DNA of 64,000 bases, from assembly GCA_028023455.1 (NCBI GenBank), contig JAQFVV010000001.1:18848001-18912000 (forward strand), read 5' to 3'. The notes below the pieces were generated by a model. That model was not told the origin of the DNA, made no database searches, and was given only the letters and a program-made list of their open reading frames with translations. Position numbers and translations under genes: made by a program. The DNA comes from Epiperipatus broadwayi. Lineage: Eukaryota; Animalia; Onychophora. Positions 52,451 through 64,000 of this stretch are shown here, in pieces (position 1 is the stretch's first letter; each line of letters starts with the position of its first letter).

Positions 52451-54339
52451 TATGGCTATAATATAGTGACTGATAAATATCATGGTGATATCCATCATTT
52501 GCCAACATCTTGCCAAAACTCTAAAAACTAAAAAATAAAATAAAAAATAAAACCAGATCTTCAGATAAAGGATTGGGGGAAATGGTGCAACAAATAAAGG
52601 CACCAGTCAAAATTCTCATCACCTGAGCCATCAACTTGCTATAAAAGATAGCATCACTTTAGTTGATAATGATGGCCTACCAATTCAATGATCATGGATC
52701 TGCCCCATAATAATGATTATAAATTTGAGAATAGTTATTGATAAAATGTTGAAATGAAGAAATATAAAATGAATATGATAATTTTAGTTGCTTGAATATT
52801 GTGTTGTCACACATTTCTAGCCTATTTGTCTATTAGGGATTGAAGAATTGCACTAGATCACTATTCATTTTACTCTCACCCTTCAAAATCACTGAGTGAT
52901 GAATAATTGTAAAAAAAGGGAGTGGTTTATCTTTCTGTTCCAGGTGCAGTACCAGTAGAAAATTCTTTGGCTTACTCAAATTGTTAGTGGAGAAAAAATC
53001 CATAATTTAAATGCTCTTATGTCAGTTGAAAGTTTCTGACAAATTTTTGTAAACTATACCACATTGTTCCTGGTAAGCGAGCATGAATAGCAATATGGCA
53101 CTCATTAATAATTCTAAAATTTGTACAGATGGCAATGAAATATCCATGTTAGCATGGTTCTCATCAAGTGACTGGTAATTATTAGAATTGGGTATATAAT
53201 TTGCATTTTTCCAATAACAGATAATAATAGTACTTGGCTATGAAAGCAAAGTGTAATGTAAATCAGATTTAGCTTATAAATCCATGAAAAGTTGGCTAAG
53301 TATGACAAAAATGTCCAAAAGCAAACAAAATTACTTGATAAATGAAAAAAAGTTCATTAAATAGTATATCACTTGTATTTTGTTTCTCATTGAAATGGGA
53401 ATATTGTGCCATTCAGTGGCACAAAAAACGTTAATATGTAGGAACTAAACCACATTAATCAAGTAAAAGTATTTTTAAAAAATACTTTGGTTAACATTCA
53501 CTATTTTGCCCAAAATGTGATTACTAAAATATAAAAAAAAATGGTAATTCTTAGTAAAGTATATTTTATTAACAAATAGATTTTATAAAATTTAAAAACA
53601 TAAAATGCCTACTATCCTGAAATTAGAAAAAAAAAATGTTTTTTTTTTTTCCATTTTGTTTGTAATAATTTTTTTTAAGAGGGACTTTGTTGCAAAGTAA
53701 CAATGGTATAATTCTAAAGCAGTGAACAAAGAAGGTATAAAATTCAAAAGCAATGAACAAAAGAAGGTGAGTTGGAGATAATTTCCTACACAGATTGAAA
53801 ATCTAAACATAACTCTTAAATTGAAAGTTAAAACTAAAAAACAAATATGTAAAAAAAAAATTGCATTAAATAGTGTTTTTATGTAAATAATCAACTAAAA
53901 AGTAGAAAAATAAATCCACTTTTCAGTTTTTGCCATTCTTGGAAAATATAAGAGAAATTTAACTATGATATATTAAAATTGTATTCTACAATGTAATGTT
54001 TCTATCAGGTTTTTAAAAAATTAATTTAATTAATTAGGTATAAGTTAAATTAATATTAATATTTTTTTATTCTACAAATGTAATATCTTCATTGGCTGAA
54101 TTATTAAGGAATTTTCTTGGGAAGCATAATGATGTGAGTTCAAATTCTAAATGGATATGGATTTTTTTCATTGTTAAAAATTAAAATATGGACATCAGAC
54201 AAAAATCCAGACAGTGCAAGTTAATATAAAATTATTTAATAAAAACATTCTGTTTATTAAAAAAACAATAGTAACTAATTATATAAGATATGTAAGGCTA
54301 TGTCAGTTGCAATTTATCCAATTTACTTTTTCCCTCTCT

Positions 54340-55340
54340 ACTTTGAAAAATGTTAATTGATCATGAGATATTTAAAACTGAAATCACCAGTAGTATGAAA
54401 GCAGAAAAAAACTGCCATAGCCAATAATAAACCTTAAGAAGTCCATCTATTTTGGTTAAATATGTGGAAGCCATCAAACATCAACTTAAATCCAAAAATG
54501 TTTTGTATGTTTTTTCACTGCTAACCACTCTATATACTGAGTGTTAAAATATTGTTTTGACCAGTTGGATCATATCTATTCCTAGTTTGTCATCATTCAC
54601 TTATAAACTGAATAGCATTTGTGCTCATCTGCAAAATTAATCTCAAATAAACCAGCAATTTATCCAAGGAAATTTAAGATGAAAAAACATTATCCAAAAA
54701 CATCAAGCCAGCATGGAAAATGTCCTACAAGATTAAGAAACATAAAAACAACTGTATAACCTACAATTGAACTGAATCTGAAAATATTGGTAAGATATTT
54801 TTATAACAATAATTAACTAATTAATTAATTACCAAAGACCTTTCTTAATTTATGTAAACAATCTATAAATATTTTATTATGTGGATTTAAATATTGACAT
54901 TTTTTTAAATTGTATGATATATATTTTTATTCACTCATGTACTATAGAATGTGTTGTAAGGAGAAAACAAATTGTAACAATGCTTTTTTATTATTGTTAG
55001 TGTTATTAAATTTATTTATTTAAAAAAAAAAAAAACCTTAGCAGTCTCTTTCCTATCACTTTATGTTAATTTATTTTTCAATCGTAAAGAAAATAATAAT
55101 CAGCTGGAAAAGAAGAGTCAGATCAGATCCCCTTTTTTTACTAAATTAGCACATTAATAATTTACAATGATCTTGGCATTCAAAAACATAAGCTATTTTA
55201 GATGGGGGGAGGGGTAATCTCTTTCAAACATCTTCAGGAATTCCAGCCTAGAAAGAGAGATGTAATCCAGGAGATGTAACTGTATTTTCTCCATGTGATT
55301 ATAGATTTTTTATGATTATATATTAGAAGCCGTAGCTTGG
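54340..55340 (-). mobile_element. Dispersed repeat, copy 2; CR1/L2-like RT remnant
   Basis: Paralogue of 46380-47780; minus strand INFADEHKCY and WSKQYFN. Confidence 0.55.
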
Positions 55341-57149
55341 TTATTTTATAACTCTTGAAAATAAATTTGCATTACAGTAGAATTTAAATAAAAATACTTT
55401 GTTTAGACACATAATAGTACAATTTATATTAGCAGATGTTTCTGGGCAATTTATCCAAGCCATGCATTTGATGCTTTTTTTAAAATATTGCCTATTTTCA
55501 TTACTAACAATACAATTCATATAAAGTTGATGTACAAATCTTTTACAAAATAAAAAATAAGCATTTCTTGAGCCAAGACTTAAAAATAATAAATAAATAT
55601 AAAACATTGATTCTGGTGTATCATGAGCATTTGGTTCTAGAGACATTGTTAATAAAATGAATGATATTCCAGTCCACCATTATATTATGCAATTTGTTTT
55701 GGACTTGCCTTAAGCTTACCTCAATAATAAACTTGTCAACAAACAAAAATCTTTCAAAGCCAGATTCCATAAATAATGTGGATGATCAATAAATATTCAT
55801 AAACTGGAAAGACAAAGAGACAAATCAGTGAATCCAAATTTGTTTACATTATAATTAGAAAGATATTATTAAATATTGATATATATTTGAGAGTAATGAG
55901 AATACTTACAAAACAGTGTCATAGCCCTGAAATTATTTTCTGATAATAATTTATATCATTTTATTTAGAGAATAGTAAATTTGAACCTCTGTAATAAACT
56001 CGAAAGCTTATTATAATGAAGAATAAATATTGGCACCTTACATGTATTGATCCATGGATACTGAAAACCATCATTTAGGATTAAATCATGGCGTTTCTCT
56101 TTCCTAGCGTTTCATTATTAGGCAACAAAGCTATTCTTGCATTTGGCAACTCATTTATTTTTTTTATATAAATAGATATGCAATTAGTTGAAATGTATAT
56201 TTATAACTTTTATATCTCTTATTTATTTGTATAAGACGGAAAATATTTCTCAGCAATACCCAGTACAATTAATTAATCTTACTTTCAGTTACATTTTCAA
56301 TTTTTCATCATAGACTAAAAACTTGGATAACCACAGTTAAGAAGGTATCATTACTTGTTTTTTGAACTAGACGAACCAAAAATAAAATCTAATATCTTTT
56401 TTATTTTTTCTACAAAATATATTATCATTTTCTAGTATTGTACAAAATTTAAACCTTATCTCTGACAATAAAAGTATTGTTCTATTAATCATAATCCGAA
56501 TACCATTTATTTTAGTTCAATATTAGTTAATACGTAGTAATACCAATTTTGATCTTATTACTAGAAAATATTAATTTATTGGGAATAGTTTTCGATTTTA
56601 TATTTATACCTGTAAAAATGTAAAATGCTTACTATATGCGTATATACATTTAACTATTTCATTTTCAAATTGTTTTAATAATCATGATATATAATTTGTA
56701 GACTATCAAAATAACTATATTACTGAGAAAAATTTAAAATATATTTTTTTCCCCCGTTATTTAATTTTAAAAACATTCTAAATTAATTTTTAGTTTTATG
56801 TTCTGTGTGTCAACAAATAAAATACTTTCGAGCGTATTTATTATTTCGCAAATATAATTTTTAATATAGAGGGCAGCATAATACCAAGAAGTAAGAAATT
56901 TAAAGTTCTAAAAATGTTTAAAGAAAATCGATAAACTAGTTGCGATCAATTACGCGCAATTTTGACAATTGAGACAAATTAATTCTGTAAATGTTTATTT
57001 ATTGTTCTCTGGGTAGCAGATTTATTTTTTTAACTTCATTTATAGGGGCAAAAGACATGTTTAAAAAAAGGCGAAAGGAAAAAATCCAATGATTAATAAG
57101 AAGTGCACTTATTTTTTCTTTTAAAAAAAAAGTTATTTATTATTAAGCT

Positions 57150-57600
57150 TTCAGAATATTCTCAAAATAGGTTAAAACCAATACGCAAATTTTTAACTGA
57201 AATTAGAACTACACTAATTAGTGTTGAATATGTTATGGGCCAAGTAATTAATAAGTCATTCTAAATAATGGTCGCGCAGCATGATAAATATTGATTAATT
57301 TATTAAAATGGATAGACATTATAAATAAAACCATATTTCTTTTGGGCAATTAGATTTTTAAAAAGTCCACTTTTTCAGAGAATTATTTATATTTATAAAT
57401 TATTTCAAAGTATTCAAAAACTACATTGAGCAGATGGTTATAAGTACTAATCAGAAAACCGTGGAGCAGGTAATTGAGTTGTTAAATGCTTTTGATAGCA
57501 GCAAACCTGCAATTCATTAATTATGATGAAAAATAGTGGCGAACTTTTTGCTTAAGTATGAGGATTAGATAATTGCAAGCAATTGAAAAAACAGTTTAAT
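57150..57600 (+). mobile_element. Decayed Penelope-like RT remnant
   Basis: LKWIDIINKTIFLLGN, then FKVFKNYIEQMVISTNQKTVEQVIELLNAFDSSKPAIH*..MKNSGELF, resembling the PLE RY.DD...LN....I.FT.E.E region. Degenerate. Confidence 0.4.
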
Positions 57601-60600
57601 AAGGAAATGGTTATATTTCACTAGGTCCTCTTTTTCCTGTCTTTGTCTTGGTGATTTTCTGAAGTTGGCAAGACTACTTGCAATCTGATTGGTACCCTTT
57701 GGTTCAGCTTAGCAATTTATGTTTGTTATTTTCTCTTTAAATAAATCAGACAGTCTAGCTAGTGGTTAAATGTCAGTATTGAGAAGTACTATAATAGCGA
57801 TTTTCTGAAACAATCTAGAATACAGACTAATGTGTACCTTGGGCTTTCTTTCTTTTTTATAACGTTTTGTTAATTAAGCAAGGACAAGCCTTTCCAGAAA
57901 ATCTACACTCATTTTATTTACCTTTAAACTCTGTTTTTAGTTTTCTTTTTCTTAATTTTTTTAATTATAATTAATTATGGTTCTGATTACATTTAATTAT
58001 AATTAAATTACAACAAAAAAACTTAATTAGTTGGTTTTGTAGTTTTTTCTCTTTTTCTTTTTTAAATAGATTGTAGTTTAATTAAATTATTAGTCAGGTT
58101 ATAAAATATATAATTTTATTTTATAATTTAGCATATGTAGAAGGATTAGAAGTATGCAAAGATTTACAAATTTTTCCAATCTCTTTATAAATAAATTTTC
58201 TATTATAATTATTTAGTTATCTAAATATAAATTTATATTATACATACAGATATATAAGATCAATTGAGAGACTTTTTTATTATAGTATTTTTCTTTTATT
58301 TTATTCCCATAATTTTCAATTTTATTTGGAAATATTTAATAACTTCTATTTTGAGCTTATTTTATTGAGGCAACTTGTAATATATGACTTGGTTAGAGTG
58401 GGCCAAGACCATAATATTACCTTATATATACAGCTAATTATCTTTTTACACATTTTTTTTTTTTTTTTGCACGATTTTGAATAACAAGAATTAAATATGA
58501 AAAAAAATCTTTTTATACACAGGTTGTCTTAAAATAACATGATGATTAAAAAAACAGTACTTGGGATTAGAGCTGCTGTCACATATCATTATTGGAATGA
58601 ATAAACAAATATTATTTTCTGAAAGGCTTAAAAACAATCATCTCACATTCTTAAAGTAATTCTTAAGTTATGAAACTTTTTTAAAAAATTCTAAATTATT
58701 TCATGTAAGTAATATAAAATAATTTATTTTCCTTTTTAGAAGATTGTAAATGTTTTTAATTCAGTGTTTATTTACATATTTGTTTCTGAGGTCAAGATCG
58801 TCATGATTACATCACAAAACTAAAAAAAAGAAAAAATGTCTATTATTATCATTTAATTGAAAATAATAAAAAATCATCTTTTTTTTCCCATTATTTTAAA
58901 AACAAAAATCTCTCTCTCTTTTTTTTTTTTTTTTTTGGCAATATTCCTGCAAATGGTGAAATTTATTTATCTGCATTGTAATGTTTTTGACATTTGTTTT
59001 GAAAGGGAAGTAGTATATTTTTGCTATTGATGCTTTGTTTGCATTTTGACATGTTTTATAAAAAAAATTCCTTATTGGTGTTGATGTTAAAAAAATGTAA
59101 TTTTGTTTAAATTTAGTTGATTAATTTATTTAAATTTATTAATTTTGTTAAATCAATAAATGGTAAATTACACTGCAAGTTTTAGTGATAACAATGCTAT
59201 TCCAGTCATGCACAGGCATATGTGTTTATTGTCAAAAAGATGATGATGAATAAAATCTTGGGAATTTTTCTATTTTACGGACAAGCAAAATGGCATCTGT
59301 ATTTTTGATTAGTATACAGTTTTGGGGGGCTACAATTTCTCTTTTCCAATGTGTTAGTTGTTAAATTAAAAAAAAAAAAAATTAAATGAAATAAAAGTAA
59401 TAAATTCCAATAAATTACATTAATGATCTTTATTTCAATTTCTTTTTACTTGTAAAATGGAAGTGACAATATGCTTGAAATTTTAAAATTCTTCGTGGCT
59501 TGTGTAGAAAAACCAATGAGTGCTGTCTTTGTGTATTCCCCAGTGGATTGCTGAATTTCTCAGGCCTGTAGATATTAACAAGCATATATGTGTAAAAAAC
59601 ATATATTTGGATTGAGTTATAAACACAAACTAAATGGATCGATTAAAAAAATATTTATCAATTTATTAATAACGAATAAATAAAACAGCTGTATATATAT
59701 ACTCACAACTACCAACACATACACAAAATTTTAAATATCATAGTAACAAATGTTTTAAATTTAAGTTTAACTTTAATGTTTAAGGCCTTATGTATAATGA
59801 CAGCAACTTACAATTCACAAACTATGGTTTTGAGTTATTATTCTCTTTATATTTTTTTATTGGTGTTTACATTTAGTCCCACCGATGGTAGTTCTTCTTA
59901 AACACTGGTGATGTTAGAGAGTAATTATAGCAATACTGGGGCCTTTATATGTAATATAATACCAGTAGGTATTATATAATTAACACAATACTGTTCATTT
60001 CTTTCATCACAGCTTATTGAGACATTGTGTTGGCTGGTTTTGCAAACTTCAGTGCCAGTTTCTGGATCAGACTGCATTTTCTGGGTTATTTTGGCTGGTG
60101 TGAATTTTTTTGTCTATGTACTCATTATATATATTTTGCTACATAAAGTCATCATACTGGATATTAGACAGTATTGAAAAATATCTTTGAAAAAAAAACA
60201 GTCAATAAAATACAGCTATCTAAATTACAATGGAAAAAGTTTTAATCAGCAGTTGTTACTTTCCTTAGCATGGATCTCTATGATCCAGTTTCAAAAATAC
60301 ATGAGGCTGAAATGTAAAGTAATATAGAATGAAATGCTAAACTCCTGGAATTAGAATCAGAAATTAAAATGTCTAGTTTCTTGTTTTATAAATATTTATA
60401 TCTATTTGATGTTGTTCAAACATGTTTTAAAACATATATGTTACCATCTAGGGAAAATCTGACCTTTTTTTATACAATCTAATTTTTGAAAAACATCCTC
60501 ATTATTTTCATCATAATATTGTGTGGAAACAAATTCTATATACATTATATCACAACTTTATATATAAATAAATAACAATATTAAAAAAATAGCTTTTCTT

Positions 60601-61925
60601 TTCTCTCTTTCTTTAATTAAAGTTGTCAATGTAGGAAAAAAGAAATTCATTGTTAAACTTTAAATATAGCTTGATAATCTCTAAAATATTATTAATTGAA
60701 AAATTTTAATATTATATTTAGTTTTGCCATTCAGTTTTCCTATAAAAATATAGAAAATTTTATTTAAAATCTCAGTTCAAAACTAACTAGAACAGGTTCA
60801 AATTTAGATTTTTTTTAGAAACTATGCAATTCTTTTGTGTATTGAGACATTTTTCTTTTTTACAAAAATTTAACATTATTACTTCATAGTTTTTACAAAG
60901 TAAATTTATAAGGTATTACCAAATACATAAACTAGTCCTTTTTTTTCAATTCTTTAAGCTTACTCAAATGTCATGCATTTACACACATGTAAATGACAAT
61001 TTGTATATTTAGTAGTCATTTCACATGAGTTTTTATTAAACATATTTTTTTCTCTCTGCAGCATTGTGATACAATCAGCATGGGCTGTATCAGATTTGTT
61101 ATTCATTTTATTTCATATGGACATATTTAATCTTTTATAATTCAATGTTCCTTAGTTATTTATTAATTTTTGATTTTATATATATATATAAAACCATATA
61201 TTTCCTTGTAATTCAAAGAAAAGAAGGTCACTTATAGCTAGATATTGTATTCTTTGATAGGTTTTTTTGTGTTAAATTTTGATTACAAATTTTATTTGCT
61301 TTATTTAACATTAATAAATTAGCTATTAAGTTGAAATAAGAATTGGTATACTTGGTGTTCAATTTATCTGCTCATCTTACTCCTCAGTAAATAGAAATTA
61401 TAATTTTTTTTTCTACTGTATGTCAATTACTTTGAGAGTTTAAAAGCATTACTGAGCTTTAATTTGGAATATGTTGTAGGAAACTGTAAAATGATGTCTC
61501 TATAAAGATCTTTGTAAAATATTCTTTCTCTGAAAGTAGCACATAGAGTCCATGTGATTCAGGCTTTATAAAAGTGATTATTAATGGCAAGTTTTGCAGA
61601 TCCTTAGAGGAAATGATGCCAAAAGGATGATCTGGGGAATTTTACTAATGATTATTAGTTTGATCCCTTTTTAAATAATATAAATTTTATTATCAGTGTA
61701 TTTTTATTTTAATTGGCTTAAAATAATATTATATATGAATTTGTGGATGCATCATTAAGTTGACTTGTGCATTTGACATACGGACTAATATTAATTTAAA
61801 TAACTAAGTTAACTGTAGATTTCACTGTTCAGAAATTTAAAGCACCCTGTTTTGGCCTTGAATTAATTGTGTAATGTTACAAGATAGAATGATGTAGAGA
61901 GAGTGAAAGGGATATGTTCAAGACT

Positions 61926-61958
<33 letters not shown>

Positions 61959-62010
<52 letters not shown>

Positions 62011-62014
62011 CCTT
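61959..62014. repeat. Perfect 56-bp palindrome centred on (TA)n
   Basis: AAGGCAACAA (61959-61968), then (TA)18, then TTGTTGCCTT (62005-62014). Confidence 0.95.
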
Positions 62015-62129
62015 GGCAACAGTTTGAAATTGTTGATCAGTATTGATATTGGGATTGTCTGAGTGTTGACTAGTTTTTAAATATATATACATATAGTAAC
62101 AATGCATAATGATAGCTGAAAACTACATA

Positions 62130-62283
62130 AAATATTTTAAATGCCCCATTTTTTTAGTCACATTCCCCCTTTAAATAAAAAAAGCTTGAATTTTTACAAA
62201 CCATTTAAAATTCAAGCCTTTTTTTTAATTTAAAGGGGGAATGTGGCTGAAGAAATATAGATAAGGGGTGTTTAAAATATTAT
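62130..62283. mobile_element. Foldback of about 155 bp; MITE-like
   Basis: AATATTTTAAATGCCCC..GTCACATTCCCCCTTTAAAT..GCTTGAATTTT pairs with AAAATTCAAGC..ATTTAAAGGGGGAATGTGGC..GGGGTGTTTAAAATATT; loop about 62195-62206. Confidence 0.75.
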
Positions 62284-63234
62284 ATATATAGCTGCAACTT
62301 ATTGCTTTTATTTTGTTTCAGTGACATTTTTAATGTAATATTTTATTTTGTATTTACACTTTCTATTTATTTATTTAATCTATTGAAAATACAATTCTTT
62401 TTTTCTTATCTAAATAAGCTTCAATGTGATTTTCTTCCATATTTGAACATGTTATTTTTACAATTAAACTTTTTTTTCTAAATCATATGTTGATAATCTT
62501 TACATTATTTATTATAAATATAAATTTTCAAACAGTAGACATTCTAAAAATTAATATCTGAATTTTGTACAGTAAGAAATAAAAATAAAATACTACTTGG
62601 CACTCTTGGACATATTTTATCTATTCAAAAAGTTAAAATTTCATTTTTTTTTTTTTTGTAAATTTAAAAGAAATTTAGGATTATTTATCATTAAAGAAAA
62701 AATATGTGTTAAAGGTAAATATTAAATTTATTGTTATTAAAATTAAAAAAAAAATTTTTACCACTATTAACAAAAGGTTATTCTATTTATTCAGTAAAAA
62801 CTGCTTTTGCTTTGCCATAACAAACTTTTTAAGAGTTGTCTTCTTAAAAAATGTTTTCAAATAAATTCTAATTGTAATCACAAAGATTTTTGATTTAAAT
62901 TAAGTATTTTACAAATAACCTTTACTATGTAAACAAATTACTGAAAATTACCCTTTTTCTTTTCAAAGATCAAAAATTATTTTTTTTTTTTAGATTAAAC
63001 ACTACCAATCAGAAGTTGTATCTTGTTCCTGCTATAAATCAAATAGGTCTATCTAATTAAATTACTAAGATATAATTCAGGCACATAATAGATTCAAGCC
63101 ATGATTTCAGCATGGTGAGCAAAGTCTAGTTTTTATATAAATAATCTCTAAGCATACACTTATGCTTTTAAAGTTGCTGCTCACAGGCAAGTGCAAGGAG
63201 ATTCTTAAAGCACATGACCAGAGGATTTGATTTT

Positions 63235-63235
<1 letters not shown>

Positions 63236-63267
<32 letters not shown>
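63236..63267. repeat. 32-nt poly-C tract followed by poly-T
   Basis: Direct reading. Confidence 0.95.
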
Positions 63268-63269
<2 letters not shown>

Positions 63270-63716
63270 CTTTTTTTTTTTTTCATTTTCATTTCCCTTT
63301 TTTTTCCCCACCCCCCTTACACGAATACTCAGGCCGATTACTCCCCACAAAAAAAAATCTATTATATACTTCAGCAAAAGAATTTTTTTAATATAAGATA
63401 ATTTTAACCCAGAGAACAACACATACATAAACATTGTTTCAACAGATTGTTCTATTGAAAATTCATTACTTTTTTTTTCTAATCGGGTTATCTTAATTAA
63501 CCCAGATAAAATATAAATAAACATTTCTTTAATTATTTTAAAACTTACTTTCTCTTAATAATTTTTATTAATCATTCATTAGGCTAGAGATTATATGCTT
63601 AACGAATAATATTTCTGTATTACAATTTTCACTATATCATGTCTTTGGTCATAGTTTATAAATATATCCCTCCACATGAGTGGTATAATACTGAAATATC
63701 CATTATTTTTCCTGGG

Positions 63717-63807
63717 TTTTTTTTTTTATGAGTCAAAGCGTAGGCAGGAAGCGAATCTCGGGGCAACTACTTGTAGGCAGCTGTGCTAACCACTCGGCTA
63801 CCAACGC
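63717..63807 (-). mobile_element. tRNA-derived short repeat (SINE-like or tRNA pseudogene) with an A-tail
   Basis: Minus strand GCGTTGG-TAGCCGAGTGG (A box)...GAGATTCGCTTCC (B-box-like)...CCTACGC: 6 of 7 acceptor-stem pairs, 6-nt anticodon loop, degenerate T arm; A-run at 63717-63727. Confidence 0.6.
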
Positions 63808-64000
63808 TTCACTTGGTTGTTGTTGTTTTTTTGTACAGATAAAACTCTTTTACTAAAGAAATTTAAAAAATGGATTTTATTGTTATCTTATTTAAAAAAT
63901 GAAAAATAAAAGCAATTCTTTCTACTACTTAATTTATTTAAGCCAAATCCCATTTTAAAAAATTGTCTCTCTTTAAAATATATATATATTTTTCAAAAAA

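Noticed and set aside
52944-53072. Segment with strong acceptor and donor sites
   Set aside because: Stops in all three frames; could be a UTR or lncRNA exon but there is no further support.
59925-60113. 63-codon minus-strand open frame with faint SWIM/Mutator resemblance
   Set aside because: Cys/His spacing does not fit SWIM, and there is no start codon or partner exon.

Overview
Very AT-rich eukaryotic (probably animal) DNA. No convincing multi-exon host gene was found; there is one candidate exon at 38058-38198. The window is mostly decayed retroelements: Tx1/L1-like LINEs (1-1610, about 15.4-16.5 kb, and a near full-length but broken copy at 38.25-43.12 kb), CR1/L2-like LINEs (35.0-37.7 kb and two short fragments), an RTE 3' end, and several Penelope-like element (PLE) remnants with RT and GIY-YIG motifs. 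It also holds MITE-like foldbacks, microsatellites and a tRNA-derived repeat. The main signal is a set of minimal type I hammerhead ribozymes (HHRs) from four unrelated sequence families. One sits in a non-coding 456-bp circularly permuted unit (retrozyme-like) present at four loci. These and the PLE-derived insertions repeatedly share one architecture: two arms joined head-to-head, both 3' ends outward, one arm ending about 50-70 nt further along than the other, flanked by 11-15 bp target duplications. All motif calls were made by eye, with no database searches or folding computations.
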